A DNA stretch of 64,000 nt, taken from positions 141,112,001 through 141,176,000 of the forward strand of contig OZ024740.1 of the NCBI GenBank assembly GCA_964016885.1, in the 5' to 3' direction. The notes under the pieces were generated by a model. The model searched no databases. It worked only from the letters and a program-made list of their open reading frames with translations, and was not told the DNA's origin. Source of the stretch: Eledone cirrhosa (Eukaryota). The position numbers and the translations under genes were made by a program. Position 1 is the stretch's first letter; each line of letters begins with the position of its first letter. Positions 1-12,496 of this stretch are shown in pieces.

Positions 1-30
1 TACATATATATATATATATATATATACGTG

Positions 31-64
<34 letters not shown>

Positions 65-69
<5 letters not shown>

Positions 70-615
70 TATCGGAGAAAGCTTTTAGCGATACTCCGGC
101 CAAATCCCAACTCACTCAACAAACATTAGGAAATAAGTGAGTATATTCCTAATTAAACGTTCGGGTGCTAACTAATTGTATTGTGTGGAAAATTGGGTGT
201 TTGAATTTTTCTTTAGAACTGCTAGAGTAGCAACCTAGCGGATACCTCAAGCACTGATGGTGATTATCGCTAAATACTGATATTGATTTGATTATCAATA
301 TTAGTGTTATTGGGCACCCACTGAAGAATTATAAGAGCCCACTTGAATATATATCTGTTGATCTTATACAAGCTCCTACATAAATTCGTATAATTTCACC
401 CAAATTGTAGGAATCTTATAATGAAACGAGACGTCTGTCTGGGAAGAGATATATTCGATATGTCTCATATGAAATAATACAGCCAATTTTCCACACAATA
501 CAATTAGTTAGCACCCCGAACGTTTAATTAGGAATATACTCACTTATTTCCTAATGTTTGTTGAGTGAGTTGGGATTTGGCCGGAGTATCGCTAAAAGCT
601 TTCTCCAATAATGTA
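65..615 (+). mobile_element. Fold-back non-coding PLE-like terminal fragment (inverted arms ~65-200 and ~479-615) enclosing a hammerhead motif
   Basis: cattatcggagaaagcttttagcgatactccggcc... is the near-perfect reverse complement of ...ggccggagtatcgctaaaagcttttctccaataatg. (TA)n lies on the left and an HHR motif lies in the spacer. Confidence 0.6.
317..443 (+). ncRNA. Type I hammerhead ribozyme motif with long branched stem II
   Basis: CCCA-CUGAAGA-AUUAUAAGA...UCUUAUAAU-GAAAC-GAGAC-GUC-UGUCUGGG: canonical core, perfect 9-bp stem II base, GUC cleavage triplet; stem I short or bulged. Confidence 0.65.
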
Positions 616-1050
616 TTTATTTATTTACTCTTGGTGCAACAGATATGAACTTCCTCATATAAGGTTTGACTCTCTTTGTTTATTTTTTTATATATGAATA
701 TTGATTGTTTCTTGTATCTCATTCTGTTATTTTGCCCGAGAAAATATCTGTGTGTCATCAAACGATGTACACACATGGATATATATACATATATATATAT
801 ATATGCATATACATACATATATATACATACATATTTATATATGTGTATATATATATATATACATATATACATATATACATATACATACATATATATATAT
901 TTATTTACGTATAGCATGGAGCATATGTGCATAAACACACATGCACCGTGTTGTATTATGACAGTATTGTGTTAGCTCAATGTACAAGAACAGAGCCGTT
1001 ATATGTAAAAGAAACCAAACAACGCTTACATACTCAAACAGTTTTTATTT

Positions 1051-1095
1051 GCTTACAATGTTTCATCCATACCGTTTGGTAGGAATCTTCAGAGC
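1051..1095 (-). ncRNA. Minimal type I hammerhead ribozyme motif
   Basis: Minus strand GCU-CUGAAGA-UUCCUAC..GUAUGGAU-GAAAC-AUU-GUA-AGC; stem I GCU/AGC. Confidence 0.7.
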
Positions 1096-2210
1096 TTCAT
1101 AAACCCAGTGCTGAGTATAAGCTCGACAAAGCCTAGTCACATGAACAATCGGAATGCAATAGAGGGTAAAGATGGTGAACCAGGAGGGGATACATGTTGG
1201 AGTTCTTAAGCACCACAGCTATATGCCAGGGCACAAGCAGATTTCACAAGATGCAGATACAATTGATGGCACACAAAAGCAAAAAATACAAGCAATGGTT
1301 AAAACAATAAAAAAAATAAAAGGAAGATAATATAAAGAGATAAAAAGTAAAAAGGTAAAAAAATGTTTAAAAATAAAAAAAAAGAAAGAAATAAAAGCAG
1401 AAATAAGAAAAATGTTTTAAACACATAAAGAAGCCAGAGGAATTTAAGCGCTGGTCCCTAATAAAATGAGTGAATAGGATCTCCGTAACTTATAGTTATA
1501 TAAGTATGAGGAAAGACCACAGTTATATAAGATCAGAAAGACCACAGTAATCAGAATCCCCGCCATGTTATACATATACAAGGTATACTGGTGGGTACCC
1601 AAATTACGTATCCCATGGGTGCTCCACAAGCATATAGATAAGTATCACATAAGTGCAAGCTATACACAAGCAAATTAGAGTTAATACAGGATAGAGCTGA
1701 GTATAACAAGTATATAGACAGGCATGACATATAAAGCAAACTATGCACAAGCAAATCGGGGTTATTGTAAGATAGAGCTGAAGCAAAAGCCCCACAATCT
1801 TATTTTAGTTACTGTAAAACCAACTGGCAAAGTTATTACACATGTATATTAACCGTATAAGCTAGACCAATCGGTTATATATTTCTCAAATGTCTAGGAG
1901 ATAAATAGAAATAGGATTGTCAGTAGAAAACTAATCTGTCTAAATAACACAACATATGTAGATCATTCAAAAGTACAAAATAGTTGGATATAAATTATCA
2001 CTGAAACATAACCTCACATCCAGTCACATGAATTACATGCTGGATTTATACAACAAAAACCCCTCTATGTATAAGATCCCAGGCCATATATTATAATGTA
2101 CCCTCTCCTGGTTCACCATCTCCGATATCCCTATCTTTACCCTCTATTCTATTCCGATTGTTCGTGTGACTAAGTTTTGTGGAGCTTATACTCAGCACTG
2201 TGTTTATGAA

Positions 2211-2255
2211 GCTCTGAGGATTCCTACCAAACAGTATGGATGAAACATTGTAAGC
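2211..2255 (+). ncRNA. Minimal type I hammerhead ribozyme motif (inverted partner of 1051-1095)
   Basis: GCU-CUGAGGA-UUCCUAC-CAAACA-GUAUGGAU-GAAAC-AUU-GUA-AGC. Confidence 0.7.
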
Positions 2256-2374
2256 AAATAAAAACTGTTTGAGTATGTAAGCGTTCTTTGGTTTCTTTTA
2301 CATATATATATATACACATATATATATACACATATATATACATACATATATATATACATATATGTATATATATA

Positions 2375-3110
2375 TGTATGATGCGTGTATCCGAACAGCG
2401 ATGTTGCATGGTAGTGAGACCTGGGCGCTGAAGGTGGAAGACTTACGTAGATTAGAGAGAAACGAAGCCTGCATGCTCCGATGGATGTGTAACAGTAATA
2501 TACGTGAACGACAAAGCATAAATGAATTGAGAGAGAGACTGAGCATAAGAGGAATCAAATGCTGCGTGCAGGAGAGGCGGTTACGCTGGTATGGACATGT
2601 GATGCGTATGAAGGATGACAGCTGCATAAAAAGGTGCAGAGCACTAGAAGTTGATGGAAACCGCGGAGTGGGGAGACCCAAGATGACTTGGGATGAGGTG
2701 ATAAAAGCCGACCTTACCCAACTACACCTCTCAAAGTCAATGACACACGACCGTGACTTCTGGCGTCACGCAGTAATACAGGGTACCCGACCTCCCATGG
2801 GTACATGCTGAAGCATATAAACAATATGCCCCCCCCCCCACCGCAAGGTGGTCGTGGAGGTGCCACGGCAAAAAAGCACCCAGCCCACACTGTAAAGTGG
2901 ACGTGTAGGCGCCACGAAAAAGCACCCAGCACTCACTGTAAATGAGGTTGGTGTTAGGAAGGGCATCCAGCTGTAGAAATCAAGCCAGATCAGTTCCTGT
3001 ATGAGCAAGGCATGGTCAGCCGACCAGACACTGCCCACAACAGGACAACCCGTCTAACCCATGCTAGCGTGGAAGAACGGACGTAAAACGGTGATGATGA
3101 TGATGATGAT
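2375..3110 (+). mobile_element. 5'-truncated RTE-clade LINE, subfamily A (3' end of ORF, 3' UTR, (GAT)n tail)
   Basis: Encodes YDACIRTAMLHGSETW...RRLRWYGHVMR...GRPKMTW. Almost identical to 14154-14880. Starts inside (TA)n. Confidence 0.92.
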
Positions 3111-3935
3111 ATACACACACACATACATATATATAGTACAAGGATGAATTGTTATGCGTTCATTACATTTATTGAGTAGTGACACGCGTTTCACAATTGA
3201 TCAGTTGAAGGTTCGATCTGTATCGATCTGGCTCGACTCTGGAATCAAAAGCGCGTTGGACCTCTGCTGTGGACATGTTGCCAATGAAAGCACACACATA
3301 CACATACATATAATTTGAAAGTGGCAAATAGATAGATAAATAGGTATCATGCTAATTGTATTGTTAAATGATGATGATATCTATCTATCTATTTACCATT
3401 TTTATATTATCCATTTGAACTCATTACAAATACAAAACGTATGAGTGTAGGTATACATATGCATGATGGCTGCCCCCTCGTTATCGAGTATGGCCATTGC
3501 ACGATATACCATTATTAATAATTATTAATTAATTCTATCGTGCAATGCCTGTGTATGAAGATATTTTTTAAAGTGAGGAAAGACAGTGCACTGAGCCAAT
3601 CCCACTCTCTGAGCGACAGTAGCTATAACCTGAAAAGAAGAAAAGATCAACATCATCGGTAACTACTGAGCCGCAGGTTTTATATCGGAGTTATCCCAGT
3701 TTCCTGAGTTGCATTCTCCTAGAAGAATGCCCTGACAAAGGCTAGGGGTCCTTCACTCCCAGTGGTTTAACCATGCGATCGGGTGTCCTCGTGCATATAC
3801 ATACACATGCACCCATGTATATACACATAAACATATACATACATATGTACATGTGTATATACATATTTACACACTTTTGGATGGCCGTTGACTCTCATGA
3901 GTTCTTCCACCCTTTGTCATACATGCATACATACA

Positions 3936-3971
<36 letters not shown>

Positions 3972-4140
3972 TATATATATGTGTGTGTGTACACATATAT
4001 ATATATACATGTATATATGTTTATCCTGGATTCAATCGGGGGTAACCACAGTAAGTAAGGTACTCAATACATAGCAGAGTATAAATATTTAATATAGAAA
4101 TTCAGGAAGCCCTGATGATTTCTCCTGAATGAAACAATTC

Positions 4141-4844
4141 GCATCATCAATCTGGAACCCCTATCTTGCTCGGAACATTGACCTCCTGGAAACTGTTCAG
4201 AGACGTGCAACCAAGCTCATACCCTCCATCAGACACCTACCATAGTCTGAACGCCTTGCTTCCCTGGGCATGGATTCATTGAAGCTCCGACGTCTGGCAG
4301 TGGACTTGGTGAATACCCACAAAGTTTTTAACCATCTCGCCAACTGCAACCCTGAGCGCCTCTTTGATCTCCATGTATCTAACACACGTGGACATGCCTA
4401 CAAGATAAGAAAACAGCACAGTTCCCATGACTTTCGCAGACATTTTTTCACGCTCAGAGTTGCTGAAACATGGAACAAACTGCCTGCGTCAGTTGTTAGC
4501 TGCCGAGACACTGCATCCTTTAAGACACTCATGCTTCCCGAAATACGCCAAAACTACACCTGATGTGCCCCTTCCATACACATGCATACATGTGTGCACT
4601 GTTCATTTTACTGATGTTTGTGCATTGCCCTATGTACTGTACATGCACTTTTTTGATGGGTTGTGGTGCACCTGGGCACTGTGCACAATATTTCATTATT
4701 GTTATTGTTATTATATCATGACTCATACACTGTTTATTTTCCTGACATTTGTACATTGTTCTATGTACTATACATGCACCTTTGATGAGTTGTAGTGCAC
4801 CTGAGCACTGTACACAATAATTTTATTATTATTATTATTATTAT
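4141..4844 (+). mobile_element. CR1-like LINE 3' fragment with duplicated 3' UTR end and (ATT)n tail
   Basis: Open frame 4141-4563 reads WNPYLARNIDLLETVQRRATKLIP...YSERL...RRL..DL..TRGH..K...RHFFTLRV..WNKLP, a typical CR1 C-terminus. Terminal motif gttgtRgtgcacctgRgcactgtRcacaata occurs at 4660 and 4789. Confidence 0.85.
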
Positions 4845-4899
4845 AATTCTAGTCCTGTAGAAGCCATTTCTATATTAAATATACATATATATATATATA

Positions 4900-5085
4900 T
4901 TGTTATTTTTATCTAAAGACAATTTTTCCAATTCCAACCCACCCAACTTCTATCTATCTTATTTCTCATTCTTTCTTCTGATGAAGGACTAGCGTCCGAA
5001 ACGCTTCCTGCTATTTCAAGCGTTAACCTAATATATTACTTCCATATACTGTACCGATTGTGTTGATATTTCTGTTTACCTTTTA
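4900..5085 (+). mobile_element. PLE-like terminal repeat with a damaged hammerhead (same family as 26933-27115)
   Basis: CUGAUGA-A-GGAC-UAGC-GUCC-GAAAC at 4978-5002; lacks the ttaagacact segment present in the 27-kb copy, which removes the cleavage site and stem I. Confidence 0.6.
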
Positions 5086-5469
5086 CATATATATATATAT
5101 ATATATATTTATGTGTGGATCTGTGCCTGTTTGTTTATGTGAGTGTATCATCATCATCATCATCATATAGTTATGTAGGTATGTAGTAGATAAAAAGGTA
5201 GATAGATGGATAAATAGATAAATACATAAGTAGAAAGTTAGACTGCGAGTAAAAGCAAGAGAACAATTGAGTGAGTGAGTGATTGTATGAGACAAGGAAA
5301 GTTGGGCAATAAGATGCTTAATTTTCAAAGTAGCACAATTCCACTCCAGGGATGGAAGTAGTGATAGGGATTGGATGTGGGTGTTGGTGGAAGGGGGGTA
5401 TGGAGGTTATTGTATCTCTAATGAGCTGGCACCATAGATGGCACTGACTAGCTTGTTTTTACAAGCTGT

Positions 5470-5995
5470 TGTAGCTGCTGATATTGCTGCTGGTGGTGGT
5501 GGTGGTGGTGGTAGGGATGGTGGTGATGATGATAATAGTGATTGTGATGATGATGATGATGATGATGATGATAATCATGCTGGTGGTGGTGCTAGTGATG
5601 GTGCTGGTGGTGATGATGATAACGAGTGTCATGATGTTGATGATGTTGATGGTGATGATGATGATGGCGATGTTAATAGTGATGGCGACAGTGGTAACAG
5701 TAGTGGTGGTGGGGATGATAATGACTATGATGACGAGGATGAAAACAATAATAAGGATGATGATGCTAATGATGATGGTGATGATGATGAGAATGAGGGG
5801 GATGAGGATGAAGATGGTGGTAATGATGATAACGATGATGCTAATGATGAGTATGATAATGATGATGATGAAACAGGTGGTAGTGGCGGTGGTGGTGGCG
5901 ACGGCGGTGGTGACAGTGGTGGCGGTGGTTACAACAGTATTAGGGGTTATGATGACGCTGACAGTAATAGTGTTCATGGTGGTGTTGGTGATGGC
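5470..5995. repeat. Degenerate (GAT)n/(GGT)n trinucleotide tract
   Basis: Direct inspection; it produces low-complexity D/G, M/V and I/T ORFs in different frames. Confidence 0.9.
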
Positions 5996-6675
5996 AGAGC
6001 GAGCACCTGGGTATTTAGAGCCCTACCTTGGCTAGCCCTACAATGTGCACCACATTCTCCCAAATAAAATTATTTTAACTTATAATTAACACTTCTTGCT
6101 CTGAGCAAAAATATTACTAAACCTGCATTTTTCATTACAGTCTCCACTCACACATGCCCAATTAGATTAACTGTCATAACACCATATGGCACTTTCCACC
6201 ACATACATACATATACACATACATGCATCATCATCATCATCATTTAATGTCTGCTTTCTCTGCTAGCAAGGGTTGCACGCATTGTCAACAGATGAGGTTG
6301 TTACTCAAGCAAAGTTACTGACTTCTCAGATGGGCTGAGGGCCTGTACCTCGCTTACATAAGTTACCACACTATATCAAATGTCCAGATGGGCTGGTGGC
6401 CTGCATCTTGCTTAGATATGATCTCCATTCTCTGCTGAGTGCATTTTATCAAGGCACAAGCACTAGGGAGATTATCATGTCTGCCACAGCTGCAAAGTCC
6501 CCTCAACTCTCTGTTCAGCAGGTTTTCTATAGCTGGATGCTCTTCCTATCACCAACCCCCTTACCACTTTACAGACTGCACTAGATGCATTTATCACTTA
6601 GCTCACCAATATTACAGAGGTTGTTGTATCCTTATATTATCCTTATATATGTATATATATATATATATATGTATA

Positions 6676-6719
<44 letters not shown>

Positions 6720-6741
6720 TATGTATATATATATATATATA

Positions 6742-7420
6742 CAGGGTGCGGACGATATTTGTTCGCAAGATTACTGTCTAGGAAATAATAACACAGTAGT
6801 TTTATTTTTTAAGATATATTTATCAAACTTGGGTCAGTATGTTTTCATGACTTGTTCTTTCAATCTCACTCGATAAACCTGCCATTGGCTTTGATGACGG
6901 CCTCAAGGCGGCCTCGGAACTGGCTACAGGCCTTCGTCACTGTCCCCTGACTTAGGCCCCTAAAGGCACTTGTGATCCTGGCCTTCAGATCGTCTTTCGT
7001 ATTGCAGCTAGATCTGTTGGTGTCTCGTTTACTGCACCCCACACAAAGAAGTCGAGGGGGTTGCAGTCAGGCGAGTTGGGAGGCCAGATGTCAGGTGAAG
7101 TGTGGTCGACGAAGTTCTCTGACAGCCAGGCTTGGGTCTTTCAGCTGGTATGGCAGGGCGCTGAGTCTTGTTGCCACATGTGCGGCCTACCTGCAGCTAC
7201 CTGGTCGATCCAGGGCTTTACTACCTCACTCAGAACGTGGATGTAGCCACCGGTGTTCAGCTTGAGGCCCTCAGGGAAGAAGTGAGGTGGCATGACGTCA
7301 CCTTGACTGCTGACGACACCTAAGACCAATGTTGTCGCTGGAAACTTTGTCTGCATGACTCTGAGCATGTCTTTGGATGAGACAGCGAGCCACCTGTTGT
7401 TCTGGGAGTTGATCTTCTGG
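6742..7420 (-). mobile_element. Tc1/mariner-superfamily (maT/DD37D-like) transposon 3' part, frameshifted
   Basis: Minus-strand peptides LGVVSSQGDVMPPHFF...WQQDSAPCHTS and WPPNSPDCNPLDF. Terminus TA|CAGGGTG at 6740-6748 sits inside (TA)n. Confidence 0.8.
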
Positions 7421-7479
7421 TCTTATTTGTCCTCCCGGTGCGGATTCCAAGAAGAACTCTGTGTCTCTTCCACAAATTA

Positions 7480-8120
7480 CATTGTCCCTCAGTACAAAAT
7501 AAGAATATAATGTACATAGGTGAGGCAGCTCGTAGCATAGGAGAACGATTAAATGAACACTGGCGAGAACTCCAAGATAGAAAAGACTCATCAATACTCC
7601 ACCAACTTGCTAAAATAGAACATGAGGGCAAATTAGAGAACATAGAGATAAAAATAGAATCTATGCACAGAAAAGACGCAATGTTTAGACAAATCACAGA
7701 GGCAATAAACATAAATGAACTCCAACCAAAATTAAATAGAAAACATGAATGGAATAGCAACATCACAACTTATAATTAAGGACAAAATGAAAACACACAT
7801 AGAACAAACAACTAACTAGTAACATGTAAATAAATAAATAAATAAACAAATGAAAACACACACAGACACCCGGATGTAACACATGCGCAAACTAAGCACA
7901 CAACACACACAAAAACAAGATGGCGTAGGACAGAACAAAGGAGAGACACAAAATAAAGAAAAGAATCCCAAGTCATTGAAGAGGTCACAGAATGTGTGAC
8001 GAAAGAACTTTGACAATATATAAACAACCATCCGGTTGTAGAACCAACCAACCGGAAATTTATAATAAATTGAAGTGAAAACAACTGGTGCGTGTGTTTC
8101 TTACCCTCCCAAAGTTTAAC
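7480..8120 (+). mobile_element. Penelope-like element 3' fragment (GIY-YIG C-terminal part, 3' UTR, HHR)
   Basis: YIGEAARSIGERLNEH...RQITEAININELQPKLNRK (stop 7779) matches the YIG..R..EH..E..N pattern of PLE endonucleases. An HHR follows about 190 bp downstream. Confidence 0.75.
7972..8014 (+). ncRNA. Minimal hammerhead motif, U3 variant
   Basis: GUCA-UUGAAGA-G-GUCACA-GAAUG-UGUGAC-GAAAG-AA-CUU-UGAC; stem I GUCA/UGAC, 6-bp stem II. Confidence 0.6.
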
Positions 8121-8130
8121 AATATATAAC

Positions 8131-8171
<41 letters not shown>

Positions 8172-8190
8172 TAATATAATATATATATAT

Positions 8191-8358
8191 ATAGTCCACA
8201 CTGTACACCCAGCCCACAATGTAAAGTGGTCATGTAGGTGTCACAACAAAAACCACATAGTCCACACTGCAAAGTGGTCATGTAGGAGACATGATAAAAA
8301 GTGCCCAGCCCACACTGAAAAGTGGTCATGTAGGTGTCACAACAAAAACTACATAGTC
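8191..8358 (+). repeat. Tandem array of a 48-bp unit related to the RTE 3' UTR subrepeat
   Basis: aagtggtcatgtagg at 8224, 8272 and 8320. Similar ~46-bp units (cacactgtaaagtgg..gtagg..cac..aaaaa) occur in the RTE 3' UTRs at 2850-2945 and 14630-14720. Confidence 0.75.
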
Positions 8359-8359
8359 A

Positions 8360-9013
8360 TTCTGGGGTCATTCTGCAGATAAAAATCGATAGGGGGTCAC
8401 CTTTTTTTAGGTATCGAAAAATAAGATTTTTGGCTCTAGCTTCCAGATTTTGCCACCGATTTCATTAAAATTTTAAAGCAAAATAGAATTTATCATTGCA
8501 CATCCTGTAATTGCTTTATATTTTGCATTTGTTGTTCAGGGACGGCGTGGCAGTGGCTTAAATATTCAAAAATACTACTTTTAGACTCAAATTTCCACTT
8601 TTTCGGCTCTAGCTCCCACATTAATCAACCTACTTTGTTCAAATTTTACACTATGCTAGATCTGATTATTTCACGTCTTAAAGTGGCTTTACATTTTGGA
8701 TTTTTTGTTCAGGAACAGCGTGAGAGCCGCTTAAATATTCGAAAATACCACCTTTTCGCTAAAATTTCCGCCTTTTCGGCTCTAGCTCCCGCATTTTTTA
8801 ACCGATTTCGTTCAAATTCGAAACTCCATTTCCCAGCATGCCCTTTCGTCAGTAACCCGCGTTTCATAGTGATAGAGGTCATCACCAGCCTCTCCCGCAT
8901 GGTCTGTGTGTGGCCATAGATGAGTCATCGAGAAGCAGTTGCTAAGATCAACAACTTTTCATCAAAGCAGATATTATTTTACCTACCCAGGCAACGCTGG
9001 ATACTGCTGCTAG
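8360..9013 (+). mobile_element. Non-autonomous Helitron-like element (3' end defined, 5' end not)
   Basis: Subterminal hairpin ccag-gcaacg-ctgg (8987-9000), then CTAG at 9010-9013 followed by T. Internal ~172-bp periodic motif ttt(c)ggctctagct(c/t)cc at ~8429, 8600 and 8774. Confidence 0.6.
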
Positions 9014-9234
9014 TTAACAATAAATTTAATTATGTAATTACACAAACCTGTCTTAATATTTATTCATATGATACTCCATCATGTTATACATGATTCCTTA
9101 TCACTGTTGGATACATAAAATTGACATAGAATGTTTAGCCCTGCTTACACCATAATTTATGGTTTGAGATGGTGCATACATAACACTCACAAATAAACAC
9201 TTAAAAAAACAATTACACACACACACACATATAT

Positions 9235-10685
9235 ATAAGGGCAAAGGTAATGCTCTAGAAAGGAACAACTATAGAGAAATAAAACTGATGGACCAAACTA
9301 TGGAAGTGATGGAAAGAGTTATAACACAACTAATTAGAGAAAGAGTCAAATTAGATGAAATGCAGTTTTGTTTCATTCGTGGGAAAAGTACTAGCCAAAA
9401 ATAAGCTGCTATACTTAGCTTTCATTGATCTATAAAAGGTCTTTAACAGAGTATTTCAATATGGGGGTTCTTAAGGAAATTAGGTGTAGAAGAATGGCTG
9501 GTGAGAACAGTGCAAGCCATGTACAGAGGAGCTATCAGTAAAGTGAGAGTAGGAAGTGAGTTTAGTGAGAAAGTCAAGGTACAGGTAGAAGTTCATCAGG
9601 GTTTGGTTCTTAGCCCACCATTATTCCTTATAGTTCTTCGGGCCATAACAGAGGAGTTTAAGACCATGGAACTTCTCTATGCAGATGATCAGGTCCTTAT
9701 AGCCAAATCCATAAACGAATTAGAAAGTAAGTTCTGACTATGGAAACAGAATTTGGAATCAAAAGGTCTGAGAGTAAACTTAGCCAAAACTAAAGTGCTA
9801 GTGAGTAGGAAAGAAGAACCCTGATTTCTTCAGGGAAGTGGCCCTGCTTTGTATGTAGAAAAGGAATAGGTATAAACTCCATATGATGTACGTAATGTAA
9901 ATCTTAGGTTCACAAAAGATGTAAAGGTATAATGAGTGGACTAACAGGAAAGGAAAACTTTGTATGTAGAAGATGCACAGGGATAACAGAGAGGAAGAGT
10001 GGCAGTGATATAAACCTTTTCCCGTCATAAGGAGGGCTCATAGAAGTGGTTCATAGCTTCTACTGGTTTGATAGCAATGGAGGAGGGTGCTCTGAGAGCA
10101 TAATAGCCAGAATAGAGATAGAATAAAAAATGTTTAGCGATCTCCTCTCACTGTTGATAATAAAAGGTTTCTCCCTATCAAAGGACGACTGTATGACACC
10201 TGTGTGTAAAGTGAAATGTTGCATGGTAGTGAAACATTGGCTGAAACTGCAGAGAACATGCATAGACTGGAGAAAAATTAAGTAACTATGCTTCATTGGA
10301 TGTGCAATGTAAGTGTGAGAGAAATGGAGCTTGGACAAGCTTAGGTAGAAGTTGGATTTAAGAGAAATCCGAGGTGGTGTGCAGGAGAGCTGACTGCGTT
10401 GGTATGGACATGTGATGTGCATGGGCAATGACCACTGGGTGTAGAAATGGCAGGAAACACCAGTGGAAGGAAGCTGCAGTTGAGGTAAACTAAGAAAGAC
10501 CTGGGTTGTGAGAGCTAACTTCAAATATTTGAGACTCACAGATGAGATGATGAAGGAAAGCAACATGTGGAGAGATGATGTGCTGAGAAGGATCCATCCA
10601 ACCTATGCAAGCATGGAAAAATGGATGCAAAAACGATGAAGATGGTAATGGGAAGGGGACTTTAAATGATGATGAGAATGATGAC
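9235..10685 (+). pseudogene. Old degraded RTE (PHD-type) LINE copy
   Basis: Fragments such as VQAMYRGAISKVRVG..VHQG.VLSP.LF..ELLYADD are homologous to ORF 12712-14589, with many stops and frameshifts. Confidence 0.85.
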
Positions 10686-11487
10686 ATAATGGGTTTTCAT
10701 CTATTAATTCCACTCAGAAGTCATTGGCCAACACTTGGATTGCAATGTAGTAGAATTGACTAAGGTGCTGCATGTTGCAAGCAAAACTGAAACTTGATAG
10801 TTGAAAAATGAACTTCTTAACCACACTGCACAGCTGGTGCCATTGATTGTTCCCCACTCCCTCCCAATATAGAAAATGCATAATTATTACAATGTTTTGA
10901 AGCAGAGAAAAATATTGTAATGAAATTTACAGCTTTCATTAAAAATATGGTAAAGACAAGATAAATGACAGAGGCCCCAAGTCCTCTAATTAAAAGCAAT
11001 GTAAAATAAAGTGCTTTGCTCAGAAACACTATATACAATTGTGTCCAAGAATTGTACCTACAACTTTATAATTGTAAGTCTAGCACTCTAACTACTAAGT
11101 CACCTTCATGTTATAATACAATGTTTTGTCTCCTACATACTTATATATTGCCTCTGCATTCAAAATATCAGACACTGGAGCCAGAAATGACCCAAATTGA
11201 AACTTATTACATTTTTATCTTTTCTAATTTTATTTTCCTTTCCTTTGTTTTTTCTTTTCATTTGATTTGATTTTTTATTTATCCTTATTGGAAAATGTGT
11301 TTATTGATTATAGGTTGTGTGGCAAATGTAAAAGATATAATCGATTACTTTATTGAAAAGGAAAGTAAAAATGTAGACAACAATATATGTGTATGTGTTT
11401 ATATATATATATATAAATATATATATATAATATTAATATATAAGGGAACAAAGCATCAGTGTTGTATCATATACATCATATTCAATT

Positions 11488-11579
11488 ACATATTACATAT
11501 GTTTCACTGTTGATCAGTTCAAGGAACGATCTATCAACGATCAAACCTGACTCTAGAATCGGAAGCTCCTCAGATATGT
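11488..11579 (-). ncRNA. Type I hammerhead motif with extended stem II
   Basis: Minus strand ACAUAU-CUGAGGA-GCU...AGU-GAAAC-AUAU-GUA-AUAUGU; perfect 6-bp stem I and palindromic stem III ACAUAUGU. Confidence 0.65.
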
Positions 11580-11708
11580 GTTAACATGTAGACTCGCGTC
11601 TGAGAGTGGTTGAATATTAACTTGATTCATTCTTATATGCTACTACAAACTCTATCATAGGGGGGGGGCGTGTCAATATATATATATATCTGTGTGTGTG
11701 TGTGTATT

Positions 11709-12047
11709 TCATCATCATCATCTCATTTTACGTCCACTTTTCCCTGCTTGCAAGGGTGGGACGGGAACTGATTCTGGCTTGATTTCTACAGCTGGATGCC
11801 CTTCCTAACACCAACCTCATTACAGTGAGTGCTGGGTGCTTTTTTGCCGTAGCACCTCCACAACCACTTTGCAGTGGAATGATAGGGACCCCAGTCCCTA
11901 TCATCTCATTTCTACAGATGAGTAAACTGGAGCAATGTGAAATAAAGTGTCTTGCTCAAGGAAACAACATATCACCCGGTCTGAGAATTGAACTCACAAC
12001 CTTTTGATTGCAAGGCCAATGCTCTAACCACTAAGCCATGTGCCTCC
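11709..12047 (-). mobile_element. tRNA-derived SINE family A (RTE-shared 3' tail)
   Basis: Reverse complement of 22768-23110: A-box-like tggcttagtgg, B-box-like gagttcaattc, tail ...ggacgtaaaatga(tga)n. Confidence 0.85.
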
Positions 12048-12411
12048 ATGTGCGTGTGTATTTATATATATATATATCATCATCATCATTTAACGTCCAT
12101 TTTCCACGCTAGCATGGGTTAGACAGGTCATCTCATTTGAGGTAAGTTGAGTCAGGTGACCGTGTCTTTCTCATATAGGACTGTTATTGGCTAGGTTCCT
12201 ATGGCTGGATGCCATTCCTAATGCCAACCTCATTTACAGTGTGGGCTGGATATGTTTTAGCGTGGTGTAAACAGAAGTGGCTATAGTGGTTAAGAGCTGC
12301 CAACTAGGTGTATATTTGAGTCTGTGCACACGGGAAGGCGTGTCTCCTGTATTATAGCGTAATGCCAAAGATCTCAATCCTGTGTCATTGTCTTTGAGAG
12401 GTTCAGTTGCG

Positions 12412-12496
<85 letters not shown>

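Larger units (their letters stand above)
1000..2303. mobile_element. Fold-back PLE-like element with ~200-bp inverted arms (1000-1195 / 2096-2303), each carrying an HHR
   Basis: The arms are reverse complements with scattered mismatches and one ~15-bp indel. HHRs face outward and TA-rich microsatellite flanks the unit. Confidence 0.65.

Noticed and set aside
621-975. Numerous ORFs rich in YI, CV, HT, ER or LS dipeptides here and throughout the window
   Set aside because: Translations of (TA)n, (TG)n, (CA)n and (GA)n microsatellites; no coding evidence.
3140-3290. Relatives of the 11488-11579 HHR family (also ~27470-27560)
   Set aside because: The GAAAC side is present on the minus strand but the CUGANGA side is missing or decayed.
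5438-6067. 209-aa Asp/Gly-rich ORF
   Set aside because: Degenerate (GAT/GGT)n repeat that is open in several frames; no domain or splice support.
8191-8358. Regularly spaced repeats as a CRISPR array
   Set aside because: The intervening sequences are themselves repeated, the unit matches an RTE 3' UTR, the context is eukaryotic and there are no cas genes.
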